From the IMG/VR virus record IMGVR_UViG_3300047564_002270, positions 95,420 to 159,419 of that record: a stretch of DNA of 64,000 nucleotides; one strand, given 5' to 3'. This document shows, one piece after another, positions 37,989 to 46,809 of the stretch (positions are counted from its first letter, which is position 1; every line of letters starts with the position of its first letter). The translations under genes and the position numbers were made by a program. This stretch comes from a virus. The notes under the pieces are model-generated. The model searched no databases, was not told the DNA's origin, and was given only the letters and a program-made list of their open reading frames with translations.

Positions 37989-38188
37989 AATACAGAGTCA
38001 TAGAACAAGCAGATCTAAACGGGGAAGTATGCTTTTTTCCCCAGTATCAAAGGTTTTTTGTGTGGTTGTGCTTTTATGATTTTGATTTTCCACCAAAACA
38101 AATTAAGTTTTATTCATTAGAGTCTGCTACAAGGTTTATTCGGAAGCAGCAAAACAAACCAAAAACTAAAATTTACTCGATAGAATAA
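37985..38188 (+). CDS. hypothetical protein
   Basis: ATGA-coupled ORF. Confidence 0.55.
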   Translation: MKYRVIEQADLNGEVCFFPQYQRFFVWLCFYDFDFPPKQIKFYSLESATRFIRKQQNKPKTKIYSIE

Positions 38189-38347
38189 TGAAATGTAAAG
38201 TTCAGTTGTATGTTGCTGGTAAAGTCTTCTATGAAGAAGTATATGCCAGAGACTACAAAGAAGCAAAGGAAGTTGCCCTAGCTCGCAATCCTAATGCAAA
38301 GGTAGTAGGAGTGACTGCCGTCTTTTAAGTAGAAATTTATGCAGGAC

Positions 38348-38376
38348 TTGCATTATGCAGCGTAATGCAGTATAAT
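38348..38376 (+). promoter_or_regulatory. sigma70-like promoter with an inverted repeat in the spacer
   Basis: TTGCAT-17-TATAAT; TGCATTA...TAATGCA dyad. Confidence 0.6.
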
Positions 38377-38391
38377 AGTCTTATGGTGTTA

Positions 38392-38425
38392 ATATACCCA
38401 CTAGTGGGCCCACTAGTGGGTATAT
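38392..38425. repeat. perfect 34-bp palindrome built from two tandem 12-bp palindromes
   Basis: ATATA-CCCACTAGTGGG-CCCACTAGTGGG-TATAT. Confidence 0.95.
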
Positions 38426-38437
38426 GAATATATCCAT

Positions 38438-38953
38438 ATGTCTGCTATAATAAGTATGCAAAACAAGCAAACACTATATTCTAGTTTTGCATACTCTTAT
38501 ACAAGATATGGAAAAAAAATGAAACCAATTTCATATTACAAAACATCTTCCGTTTCAATACCTGTAAAAGATTACTATTTGACAACATATTACTATAAAG
38601 AAGGTAGGTTGGTTGTTATTAGAAAAGGAGGTTATCTTAATGAGGACTTTGAAGCTCCATCTGGTTGTGTAGAAGAAAATGTTCTAGATCAAATCTCCTA
38701 TGAAGAACATAGAAAACTTTACAATCAAGAAGTAATTAATCTACAACAAGAATTTAAAATGGATTTACTTCAAAAGTATTATTCAACAAATCACCCAAAA
38801 GCAATTGATTGTTTCAATCTTGCCTGGGAATTTGCTTCTGGTCATTTTGAAGAAGTTGAATATTATTTTGAAGGTATTTCAAAATTGGTTATTCTTGATG
38901 ATGTTCTTGGTAATCCCATCCAGGATGAGATTAAATTTAACTTTAAAAGTTAA
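38438..38953 (+). CDS. hypothetical phage protein (start uncertain)
   Basis: 171 aa; FK.DL.....NHPKA..CF.LAWE C-terminal motif. Confidence 0.6.
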   Translation: MSAIISMQNKQTLYSSFAYSYTRYGKKMKPISYYKTSSVSIPVKDYYLTTYYYKEGRLVVIRKGGYLNEDFEAPSGCVEENVLDQISYEEHRKLYNQEVINLQQEFKMDLLQKYYSTNHPKAIDCFNLAWEFASGHFEEVEYYFEGISKLVILDDVLGNPIQDEIKFNFKS

Positions 38954-38985
38954 TAAACTTGCCCAAAATCTAACATTAGACTATA

Positions 38986-39225
38986 ATGATACGGAAAAGA
39001 GTTCAACCCCCAAAGACTAAAAAAGAAGAAACTATTCCAGTAAAACCTTTTCACGAAACCTTTCCTTATGCCTTAGAGTGGTTTGTAAAAGAAGGAAAGA
39101 AAAAACTCCAACATAATGCTTATTTTCCCTATGACGACTACCGAGAACGATATTACAAAAAATACAAATCAGACAAATCCATTGTTGGTGTCAGAAAATA
39201 TAAAACCAAACCAAGAAATGATTGA
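38986..39225 (+). CDS. basic hypothetical protein
   Basis: 79 aa ORF. Confidence 0.55.
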   Translation: MIRKRVQPPKTKKEETIPVKPFHETFPYALEWFVKEGKKKLQHNAYFPYDDYRERYYKKYKSDKSIVGVRKYKTKPRND

Positions 39226-39412
39226 TGATTGTTTTTATGTAGAGAAAAGAAAGTGGGGAACTTGGCAATCTACAGATAAAGAAGGCAAGGGACTAATTAC
39301 TTCTCTCACAAGGGAGCATTGTATTGCTGCCACAAGATTTTATCTCAAGGGGCTTCAGGAAGGTTTTCCTGAAGCAAAAACCCACGAAGGAACTGTAGGT
39401 GGAAAACTCTGA
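39218..39412 (+). CDS. hypothetical protein
   Basis: MIDDCFYV...GTVGGKL. Confidence 0.65.
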   Translation: MIDDCFYVEKRKWGTWQSTDKEGKGLITSLTREHCIAATRFYLKGLQEGFPEAKTHEGTVGGKL

Positions 39413-39706
39413 ACTTTCTTCTTGGATAGAGTTTGTATCTCACGAACTTTATCTGTTTATAGCATTTTTATGCGGACTTTATCTTGGATACATTTTAGGA
39501 AAAAGAAACAATGACTAAAACACACACTCAAAAAGACGGAACTATTTGGGAATGGGAAGAAACTCCAGAATTGAAAAAAGCATTAGATGAATGCAATAAA
39601 GAATTTGCTGGTAATTATCCTGGACCTTTATATGCTCCCCATCCAGACATTGTAAAACTTAATAATTCAAAAGCATAAAATATATAAGTATATCGCTTCA
39701 AAGACC

Positions 39707-40147
39707 ATGCTTCAAATACTCACTAACGATGATAAACTTTTGAAGAAAAAGTCTAAAAGAGTTGACAGAATTGATGATACTGTGCGAACTTTGGCAGCAT
39801 CTTTAGTTGATACTATGGTTGCCAATAATGGAGCTGGTTTAGCAGCTCCTCAGTGTGGAATTCATAAAAGAATTATAGTTGTTGATACACCTTCTGGACC
39901 CAAAGTTCTTATAAATCCAGAGATTATCTTTTTCTCCGAAGAGAAAGAAATTGATGATGAGGGATGCTTATCAATTCCAGAGACTTTTGTAAAGAAAAGT
40001 AGATACTCAAGGATTACAATTAAATATAGAAATCTTGCTGGGCATCCTAATCTAGAAACTCACACTGGATTGATTGCTAGAGTTATACAACACGAAATTG
40101 ATCATTTGGATGGCATCCTTATGACAGATGAAGAAGTGGCACACTGA
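39707..40147 (+). CDS. def: peptide deformylase
   Basis: All three PDF motifs: GAGLAAPQ, EGCLS, QHEIDHLDG. Confidence 0.95.
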   Translation: MLQILTNDDKLLKKKSKRVDRIDDTVRTLAASLVDTMVANNGAGLAAPQCGIHKRIIVVDTPSGPKVLINPEIIFFSEEKEIDDEGCLSIPETFVKKSRYSRITIKYRNLAGHPNLETHTGLIARVIQHEIDHLDGILMTDEEVAH

Positions 40148-40179
40148 TCAATCAAATTAAGCAAATGGTCGACTATAAT
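40120..40179 (+). promoter_or_regulatory. promoter cassette copy 7 (inside the def 3' end)
   Basis: TATGACAGAT-GAAG-AAGTGGCACA, TATAAT 30 nt later. Confidence 0.65.
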
Positions 40180-40200
40180 AAGTGGAGAAACAAACCCCCA

Positions 40201-40356
40201 ATGCAAAAGTATCGAGTTGGATTTAAATGGCAGAGTGGCGATGAGGAATATATTGTCCTTGATAGTGCTCTAAATTCAACTGAACTTGCAGAAAGTCTCA
40301 AAAAATGCGATAAAACTGGCAAACTTGAAACCGTCTATGTCAAACGTATTGATTAA
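40201..40356 (+). CDS. hypothetical protein
   Basis: First ATG after cassette 7. Confidence 0.55.
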   Translation: MQKYRVGFKWQSGDEEYIVLDSALNSTELAESLKKCDKTGKLETVYVKRID

Positions 40357-40363
40357 TTTTAAA

Positions 40364-40723
40364 ATGAAAAAACTTCTTATTATTGCTGCTGCTATTCTTT
40401 CTACATCTCCAGCACTTGCTAATCAACCATTTAAATATCAAACACGCTGCTTTCTTGAAACTCAAACTGAGTTTCTTGATGATACCTGCACGGTGATTGA
40501 AACCCGTGAAAAGGGTGGAGCACTACGAACTCGCAACATTTTTTCAAATCGATTTGGACTTACGATCAAATCCCGTTTTGATAAGACAAAAGGATTTGTG
40601 ACCTGGGACTCTCATAACAAATATGAATATAAATGGGAATACAAAGTCGGTGGAGATGCTGGATCTGGAATGTGGTCCTATGTGATGCCAGGTTTTCTTC
40701 TTGAAAACGTAAGCTGGGATTAA
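40364..40723 (+). CDS. putative secreted protein
   Basis: MKKLLIIAAAILSTSPALA signal peptide. Confidence 0.7.
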   Translation: MKKLLIIAAAILSTSPALANQPFKYQTRCFLETQTEFLDDTCTVIETREKGGALRTRNIFSNRFGLTIKSRFDKTKGFVTWDSHNKYEYKWEYKVGGDAGSGMWSYVMPGFLLENVSWD

Positions 40724-40758
40724 TTTCTAAATATTTTACTTCAAATCAATTTTCAACA

Positions 40759-41211
40759 ATGAAAAGAACAATCTTGTCTTTGCTAATGATTGTGGGAACA
40801 ACTTCTGTTGCTCCTGCTTTTTCGCAGCAGGTTGTGGAACTGAACGAATGTGTTCGAGTCAGGGAAGTTTTTGTTCCTGGAACCTATGATCGATATGGAA
40901 ATTATATCCAAGGATATGTAAAATCTGAACGCTTTAGAGTTCCTTGTGCCGCTTCTGTTGTAAATCCCGTTGTTGTAAATCCTGTTGTTAGGGAAGAGTA
41001 TTATGAAGAAGAGTATCGTCCTTATGTTCGTGAGAGAGCAGCAAGGCAAGTAAGGAGAAATCAAATCTACTGCGATCCAACTAAGAGCACTCTTGGTGGA
41101 GTTCTCGGTGGTGGTATTGCTGCTGGTGTAAGTAAGAAAGATGCCTACAAGTGGTCTGTTCCTTTAGGTGCTTTCCTTGGTGGTGCTGCCTTTGGTTGTA
41201 GAACATACTGA
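40759..41211 (+). CDS. secreted glycine-zipper protein
   Basis: Signal peptide; LGGVLGGGIAAG...LGAFLGG. Confidence 0.7.
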   Translation: MKRTILSLLMIVGTTSVAPAFSQQVVELNECVRVREVFVPGTYDRYGNYIQGYVKSERFRVPCAASVVNPVVVNPVVREEYYEEEYRPYVRERAARQVRRNQIYCDPTKSTLGGVLGGGIAAGVSKKDAYKWSVPLGAFLGGAAFGCRTY

Positions 41212-41327
41212 TAAGTTATGTTAAGAAATCAACACAAACTTTCTATATAATGTTAGAATATGGGAGTGAGAGTACAATGAACCTAAAACCATCTTTGTTA
41301 TGATATTCTTTGTGCGTGGAGGTAATT

Positions 41328-41495
41328 ATGCACAACTTAGTTTCTTTTAATCAACTTGCTTATTGGTATAATATGATTGATACTGATAAAGAAAATGAAG
41401 ATGATTTAATTGCTGAATATTTTGAGTGTTTAACCGAATGTGATGATGATACACAAACTTGCAGGAGGGTATGTAGAAAAATCCTAGCAGTATAG
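41328..41495 (+). CDS. small twin-CX3C protein
   Basis: GGAGG SD; YFECLTEC-x6-CRRVC. Confidence 0.7.
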   Translation: MHNLVSFNQLAYWYNMIDTDKENEDDLIAEYFECLTECDDDTQTCRRVCRKILAV

Positions 41496-41551
41496 ACCAG
41501 TTTAAAAACCGCCCACTGCACCTTGACTTTCGGGTCAAGGTGCTTTATAGT
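41493..41551 (+). promoter_or_regulatory. promoter cassette copy 8
   Basis: TAGACCAGTT-TAAA-AACCGCCCAC; hairpin GCACCTTGAC/GTCAAGGTGC containing TTGACT; TATAGT. Confidence 0.7.
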
Positions 41552-41580
41552 ATGTTCATTGATCCCGCAAAACCTGCATT

Positions 41581-42219
41581 ATGTACTCGGCAAAAGTTAC
41601 ATTGAAGTATGATTCCATTTGGGATCATAAGGGTGGTATTTACGATGATGAGATCCTACCTGAGGAGCACTTTACTTTTGAGGTTCCTGCAGAAGACCTC
41701 AATACCATTCAACTCTTCCAACTTTTTGAGAAGTTTTGTTATGCTATGGGACATAACCAAGTAGGTATTGCCAAAGGTGCTTGCTATGTCGCATTCAACG
41801 AAATGCGAACCACCGAAGAAATGCGTAAGACTGCAGAAGAGTATGACCTTGTTCTTGTAGAAGATTATCGTAAAAAACTTGAAGAGTATGATGCTCAACA
41901 AGACAGGGATTTACAGAAACTGGAAGCAGAAATTCGTGACCTGAAGGCAAAACTCTCCCGCCTTGAGAACCCTGACAATCCTAATTATACTGAGGAAGAG
42001 ATGGATGCAATGACTGCTGAAAACACTCCCAGTGTCCGAACTCTAGTTGAAGCAGATCTTACTTGTCACGATTGTGGTAAGAAGTATGGTGAGTATTCTG
42101 TTGGATGTTCTTCCACCAGAGAAGGTAGGTGTGATGTGTGTGGAGAAATCAAACCTGTGACCGAAGCACGGGACTATGGATATTTTGCAAAAACTGTTCA
42201 GGGAATGAAAAACAAATGA
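41581..42219 (+). CDS. coiled-coil protein with C-terminal Zn ribbon
   Basis: CHDCG...CDVCG. Confidence 0.65.
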   Translation: MYSAKVTLKYDSIWDHKGGIYDDEILPEEHFTFEVPAEDLNTIQLFQLFEKFCYAMGHNQVGIAKGACYVAFNEMRTTEEMRKTAEEYDLVLVEDYRKKLEEYDAQQDRDLQKLEAEIRDLKAKLSRLENPDNPNYTEEEMDAMTAENTPSVRTLVEADLTCHDCGKKYGEYSVGCSSTREGRCDVCGEIKPVTEARDYGYFAKTVQGMKNK

Positions 42220-42422
42220 CTGAAAGAGCACAAAACTTTATGAAAGCAGTATGGGACGCACGAAACAATCAAGGTGCAGATACTGAACCTAAACTAGTTG
42301 CAGCAATTCTTACACTTGTCGCAGAGAATACAAAGTTTTATTCCTCACAAGAGGGATTGATCGTTCTTGATAAGAATGATATACTAGAACTCTCAAAGGA
42401 ACTGGAGAACCTGAATGAGTGA
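42216..42422 (+). CDS. hypothetical protein (MTERAQ family)
   Basis: ATGA-coupled. Confidence 0.6.
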   Translation: MTERAQNFMKAVWDARNNQGADTEPKLVAAILTLVAENTKFYSSQEGLIVLDKNDILELSKELENLNE

Positions 42423-42548
42423 TACTGATCCCACTGCCCCCTGGTATGAGTTTATAAGCTATCTAAGGTGTTGTGAAAGTTTAGGAATCACCCCTTCTCT
42501 TCAAAGATTTATGGGATATCAACGTTATTTGAAATCTATTGGGTTGAT

Positions 42549-42809
42549 TTGATGATCAAATTTATTAAATGGTTTATTTTCCATAAAGAAAAACCTGTCT
42601 CTGGTGAATATTTCAGTCTTTGTGAAAAATTCTTGGAACTTGAAGAAAAATACAATACTGTGATACAAGATGTAAAAAGATTAGAAGAAGAAAATATTGA
42701 GACTACTAATGTTCTTTATGAACTTTTAAATAGTTTGGACGCCCTTGATGCAAGGATTGATATCCTGTCAGCGGAACATTGGATTGACAAACGACCAGAA
42801 CAAGATTAA
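42549..42809 (+). CDS. coiled-coil hypothetical protein
   Basis: 86 aa ORF. Confidence 0.55.
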   Translation: MMIKFIKWFIFHKEKPVSGEYFSLCEKFLELEEKYNTVIQDVKRLEEENIETTNVLYELLNSLDALDARIDILSAEHWIDKRPEQD

Positions 42810-42833
42810 AATTACTAAAACTTCTGAAAAACA

Positions 42834-43583
42834 ATGGACTATAAAAAGCATTCTCTAGGGCGTTTAAAAGAATGGTTGCATGATTGTCTTGGTGCGGCAG
42901 AGGCATCTCCTCAAGAAATCTATGATACCATTAAAGAAGTTGTAACCGAGGAATATTATTACCATAAAAATGGTGCTTCTAAAACATATGAACTTTTAAC
43001 TCTTTTAAACGGAGTTGTGGAATTTAATATTATCCAGGAGACTGATCCTAAGGAAAATTTTGTATCCTGTGGTTTGGGAGATACCTCAGATTATTGTAAG
43101 AATTCTTGGACTGATTTTTGGGAAGATAATTATTATCATTATTATCCAGAAGAAGTAAAGGATAATGGCATGAGACCTTGGGGGCATAGTGATATGGAAT
43201 ACCTTATTGCAAATTCAAAGGTTTCCGAAACTCCTGAAAAACCTGAAAAATCAAAATCTTACTACGATTATGATAGGAATGATTTGAACAGGAAAAGTCC
43301 GTTTGAAGATAAGGTAGTAAAATGGCAACTTCCTGTAGAGGTTGATGGTCCTAGTGGTGAATATTTTGTTTGTTTCCCAGATGATTTAATGGGAGCAGCA
43401 AATCTAAAAGAAGCTGATACTGTTGAGTGGATTGATCAAGGTGATGGTTCTTATTTACTTAAGAAAATTGACAAAAATCCATCTTGGGTAGAAGGTAATA
43501 AACTTTCCGAAACTAAAACTTATGATGAGATGATTGCTGAAGGTTGGACAATGACTGCTGATGGTTTTTGGATCAAGGAGTGA
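42834..43583 (+). CDS. mosaic protein with an AbrB/MazE-like domain
   Basis: LPVEVDG.SGEYFVCFPDDL....NLKE.DTVEW...GDGSYLLKK. Confidence 0.6.
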   Translation: MDYKKHSLGRLKEWLHDCLGAAEASPQEIYDTIKEVVTEEYYYHKNGASKTYELLTLLNGVVEFNIIQETDPKENFVSCGLGDTSDYCKNSWTDFWEDNYYHYYPEEVKDNGMRPWGHSDMEYLIANSKVSETPEKPEKSKSYYDYDRNDLNRKSPFEDKVVKWQLPVEVDGPSGEYFVCFPDDLMGAANLKEADTVEWIDQGDGSYLLKKIDKNPSWVEGNKLSETKTYDEMIAEGWTMTADGFWIKE

Positions 43584-43589
43584 TTTGTA

Positions 43590-43859
43590 ATGAAAATATT
43601 CAAATATAAACGCCACGAAGATTATGGTGTTGAGCACATCTTTACTTTTTTCAGAGGAGAAGAGTGTTCATTCCTTCAGTTTTCTCTAAGTTGGGATGAT
43701 TATAAGTCCTGGCCTTATATTCAGATTTCTTCAGGAAATAATAGTCTTCTTGATGTTCTTTTCTGTGCTTATCGCTTCAGTTTTAGTTTTGAATTGGTAG
43801 GAAGAAATTGGACTTTTTATCTTGATAAAACTGAACAAGAACAAAATGTTTATGATTAA
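43590..43859 (+). CDS. hypothetical protein
   Basis: 89 aa ORF. Confidence 0.6.
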   Translation: MKIFKYKRHEDYGVEHIFTFFRGEECSFLQFSLSWDDYKSWPYIQISSGNNSLLDVLFCAYRFSFSFELVGRNWTFYLDKTEQEQNVYD

Positions 43860-43864
43860 GAACC

Positions 43865-44260
43865 ATGGGAATGTTTGATTATTTTCGTTCTTCTTATGAT
43901 CTTGGAGAACAATTCACAAATGTAGTGTGCCAAACTAAAGATATGGAAGACTGTATCGGTGGCACAATGACCGATTACTGGTTAGATCCTGCTGGTGTTC
44001 TTTGGCGTCCTGATTATGTGGGTGTAAGCACCTTTGAAACAATCCCAGAGGATGACCCACGATATAATGATAAAATAAAGTTCCTAAACTTTGAATGGAT
44101 ACCTACAGGAAAACGCGGTAGGTTTGTTCAACACGAAATTACCAAGTATGTTGAGGTTTATCCTGCTGATTGGGGTGGAAAGTGGGAGGATTGGCCGCGC
44201 TTGCATCTTCACTTCAAACGTGGTATATTACAGGACTATACGGATATCACAGGAAGATGA
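43865..44260 (+). CDS. conserved phage protein (MGMFDY...QTKD)
   Basis: Recognisable N-terminal motif. Confidence 0.7.
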   Translation: MGMFDYFRSSYDLGEQFTNVVCQTKDMEDCIGGTMTDYWLDPAGVLWRPDYVGVSTFETIPEDDPRYNDKIKFLNFEWIPTGKRGRFVQHEITKYVEVYPADWGGKWEDWPRLHLHFKRGILQDYTDITGR

Positions 44261-44276
44261 CTAAGAGGTTGGAAGA

Positions 44277-44555
44277 ATGAGCGGCGGACACTTTGGCGAT
44301 TATTGCTATTTTCAGGTCTCACAGTTTGCCAGAGATTTGGAGGAAGAGATTGCGAACAATTCTACTCCAGATGAATATGGTTATGTGAATAACTACAGTC
44401 AAGAAGTGATTGAGTATCTTGAAGAACAGGTTCATGTTCTTCATAAGATGTCTGATGTAATGTATCATATTGACCGTCTGTATTCTGGAGACCACGGAGA
44501 GAACAGTTTTATGGAACGGGTGAAAGGGGTGGAAGAGAAATATGGAAGTTGGTAA
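44277..44555 (+). CDS. conserved phage protein (MSGGHF...SGD.GE.SF)
   Basis: 92 aa ORF. Confidence 0.65.
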   Translation: MSGGHFGDYCYFQVSQFARDLEEEIANNSTPDEYGYVNNYSQEVIEYLEEQVHVLHKMSDVMYHIDRLYSGDHGENSFMERVKGVEEKYGSW

Positions 44556-44598
44556 TAAAAATAATTAAAAATCTTTTAAATCATTATCATTTAAAATT

Positions 44599-45312
44599 AT
44601 GGATCAAAATATCGAATTGAAAGAAGAATATTATGTTAAGACTAAGGAGATTGTTGAGGATCTTGTGAATTCTGGAATGCTCAGATTTGGTTCTGGGTAT
44701 TGTTTGAGTATGAGTGATGTTGTTCTCAAACTCCTTCATAAGGAAGGTATTAGTGCTGAGATGGTCGAATGTAATCTGATGGCAATGACTAAAAGTCCTC
44801 CAGGTCTTGTTCTTGTTGGATATAAGGGTTTTATGGAAAATACTATTGGAGTAAATCAAAAAATTGATAATCATGTGGTTTGCGTCACAAAAACTAAAAT
44901 TCCAATTCTTATTGACTTGAGTGTTGGTCATATCGACCCTCAAGTTCCTTATATTTGCGAACCAATTTTAACAGAGCATTCGCATACTGACCTTGCTGAG
45001 TTTGACTTTGAAACTAGCACCTGGACTTATCAGACAAGAGAAGAGTCTGAACTTCCTAAACTTCATCAAAAGAGTATTCTTAACCGAATTAAAAATGATA
45101 TTAGAATTGATAATGAAATTAAATTCATTAAATATTTTCTATTCGTTCTCTTTGCTGTAAGTTCTTTGAACTTTACTCGTGGCGCATATGAGTTCTTTTA
45201 CACCTTCATTCATCCAGAAGCACACCCAACAAGAGATCTTCGACTTAAAAGTGAGTTAGACCAAAATGTAAAAAGGAACGAAGAAATTAAAAGGCATTTA
45301 GGGCAGAAATAG
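44599..45312 (+). CDS. putative transglutaminase-like Cys-His-Asp protein with a C-terminal TM helix
   Basis: GYCLSMS...NHVVCV...ILIDLS; FIKYFLFVLFAVSSL. Confidence 0.5.
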   Translation: MDQNIELKEEYYVKTKEIVEDLVNSGMLRFGSGYCLSMSDVVLKLLHKEGISAEMVECNLMAMTKSPPGLVLVGYKGFMENTIGVNQKIDNHVVCVTKTKIPILIDLSVGHIDPQVPYICEPILTEHSHTDLAEFDFETSTWTYQTREESELPKLHQKSILNRIKNDIRIDNEIKFIKYFLFVLFAVSSLNFTRGAYEFFYTFIHPEAHPTRDLRLKSELDQNVKRNEEIKRHLGQK

Positions 45313-45367
45313 ACACTTGAAGAACTGGCACAGGGCATCTCCACAGGTGCCCTTTTTGGTCTATAAT
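45309..45367 (+). promoter_or_regulatory. promoter cassette copy 9 (terminator-like spacer)
   Basis: ATAGACACTT-GAAG-AACTGGCACA; AGGGCATCT-CCAC-AGGTGCCCT-TTTT; TATAAT; CATACACA. Confidence 0.8.
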
Positions 45368-45388
45368 GACTTCATACACAACAGACCA

Positions 45389-45577
45389 ATGACCTACGAC
45401 GAACTCTACGATCACATTGTCAACTACATTGCTCAACCACTGGATGATAAGCGTAAAGCGTGTCTAATTCTTGGTGCTGTTATGGAGTTTAACCTTGATT
45501 GTCTTGATGAAGGCGTAGACCCACGCACACTTGATATGACTGGTTTTGTAAATGAAAAACTTGATGAACTGAAATGA
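45389..45577 (+). CDS. hypothetical protein
   Basis: First ATG after cassette 9. Confidence 0.6.
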   Translation: MTYDELYDHIVNYIAQPLDDKRKACLILGAVMEFNLDCLDEGVDPRTLDMTGFVNEKLDELK

Positions 45578-45813
45578 ATAAGGACGCATACTACGACTGG
45601 ATAGCAGAAAACGACACATATCCAGATCATTCCCATAAGTGGATAGTGGGACTTTATAACAAATATGAAGGTGTAGAGGGACTTCACCGATACTTTGGAA
45701 CATTTGATACAAGAGAAGAAGCAAAGGTATTCGCAGCAGATTATAAGGACAAATACACAAAAACAGGATTTATTTCAAGTGTAAAAGTGTTTCCATTATG
45801 TGAGGTATTATGA
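45574..45813 (+). CDS. hypothetical protein
   Basis: ATGA-coupled; YFGTFDTREEA. Confidence 0.6.
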   Translation: MNKDAYYDWIAENDTYPDHSHKWIVGLYNKYEGVEGLHRYFGTFDTREEAKVFAADYKDKYTKTGFISSVKVFPLCEVL

Positions 45814-45992
45814 AACTCTACAATCGTCCTATGAACTTCTTTGAGAAAATCCAAGTTGGTTGGTGGTGGATTGGGCAAATCTTTGAAGAATGGTGCTATA
45901 CTATGAGAAGTGAAGACGGAGAGTTCTTTAACTATCTTCAAAGTGATTATGTCCGTTATGAACAGGAGATGTATTATCAGGACACTTTCTAA
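45810..45992 (+). CDS. Trp-rich hypothetical protein
   Basis: ATGA-coupled. Confidence 0.55.
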   Translation: MKLYNRPMNFFEKIQVGWWWIGQIFEEWCYTMRSEDGEFFNYLQSDYVRYEQEMYYQDTF

Positions 45993-46036
45993 ACTGGCAC
46001 AAGACATCACCACAGACCCTGTGAGTGCCTTATAAT
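45978..46036 (+). promoter_or_regulatory. promoter cassette copy 10
   Basis: CAGGACACTT-TCTA-AACTGGCACA; TATAAT 29 nt later; CATACACA. Confidence 0.8.
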
Positions 46037-46058
46037 ACTCTCATACACAAACAACCAA

Positions 46059-46370
46059 ATGACTTCCCAAACCATTCCTGCTTGTAAGAACTGTAAGCAC
46101 TATTACGAAGAAGGCACTATTGGTGTTATTCCTTTTTGTAAGTTTCATACCTTTGAACGACCCGATTATATCAACGGTCGTATCAATAAGATTGATATGA
46201 TTGCTTTTGATGCCCGAGAAAAAGAAAAGTATTGTGGTCGTGATGGTAAGGACTTTGAGCAGAAAGAGTTTGTAGAAGAGGAAGAAACCTTTTCCGTCAG
46301 GCAGTATCTCAAAGAAAAAGTTGTAAATTTTCTCCTTGTTCTGGGAGTTCTCAAAGTGGAGGCAAACTAA
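46059..46370 (+). CDS. Cys-rich protein, paralog 1
   Basis: CKNCKHY...C...CGRDGKDFE. Confidence 0.65.
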   Translation: MTSQTIPACKNCKHYYEEGTIGVIPFCKFHTFERPDYINGRINKIDMIAFDAREKEKYCGRDGKDFEQKEFVEEEETFSVRQYLKEKVVNFLLVLGVLKVEAN

Positions 46371-46594
46371 TGACTAACCAAGAACGAGCAGAAGAACTCC
46401 TAAAAGTTATTTGTAAAAGTGAAGCACACAATACTGCTTGGATGCTTCAAGAGGTTCTTCAACATCTTCGTAAGCAACTATCAGGACAAAATCCTGTTGA
46501 TTTTAAGGATGAACTAAATGTGATGTATGTTCTTGGTTATGATGATTGTTTGAAGGATATTGATGCTATTTGTGATGAATTGGAGTTGCTATGA
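46370..46594 (+). CDS. hypothetical protein
   Basis: TAATG-coupled. Confidence 0.6.
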   Translation: MTNQERAEELLKVICKSEAHNTAWMLQEVLQHLRKQLSGQNPVDFKDELNVMYVLGYDDCLKDIDAICDELELL

Positions 46595-46809
46595 CTGAAA
46601 GAGCACAAAAAATCTGGGATACTTACATCAACGGATATTCAGAAGCACTAATGACCCCTGTGGAGAATTTTTCTACTTATTTGGATAATGATAGTAGAAA
46701 GATTATTGCTTCTGTTCTTCGTGAAACAATCAACCAACTCCAACAAAGCCCTGGTGTGATTATGTGTGCTGATGTGTTGGAATTGTGTGAGGAGATTGAG
46801 AAACTATGA
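46591..46809 (+). CDS. hypothetical protein (MTERAQ family)
   Basis: ATGA-coupled. Confidence 0.6.
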   Translation: MTERAQKIWDTYINGYSEALMTPVENFSTYLDNDSRKIIASVLRETINQLQQSPGVIMCADVLELCEEIEKL

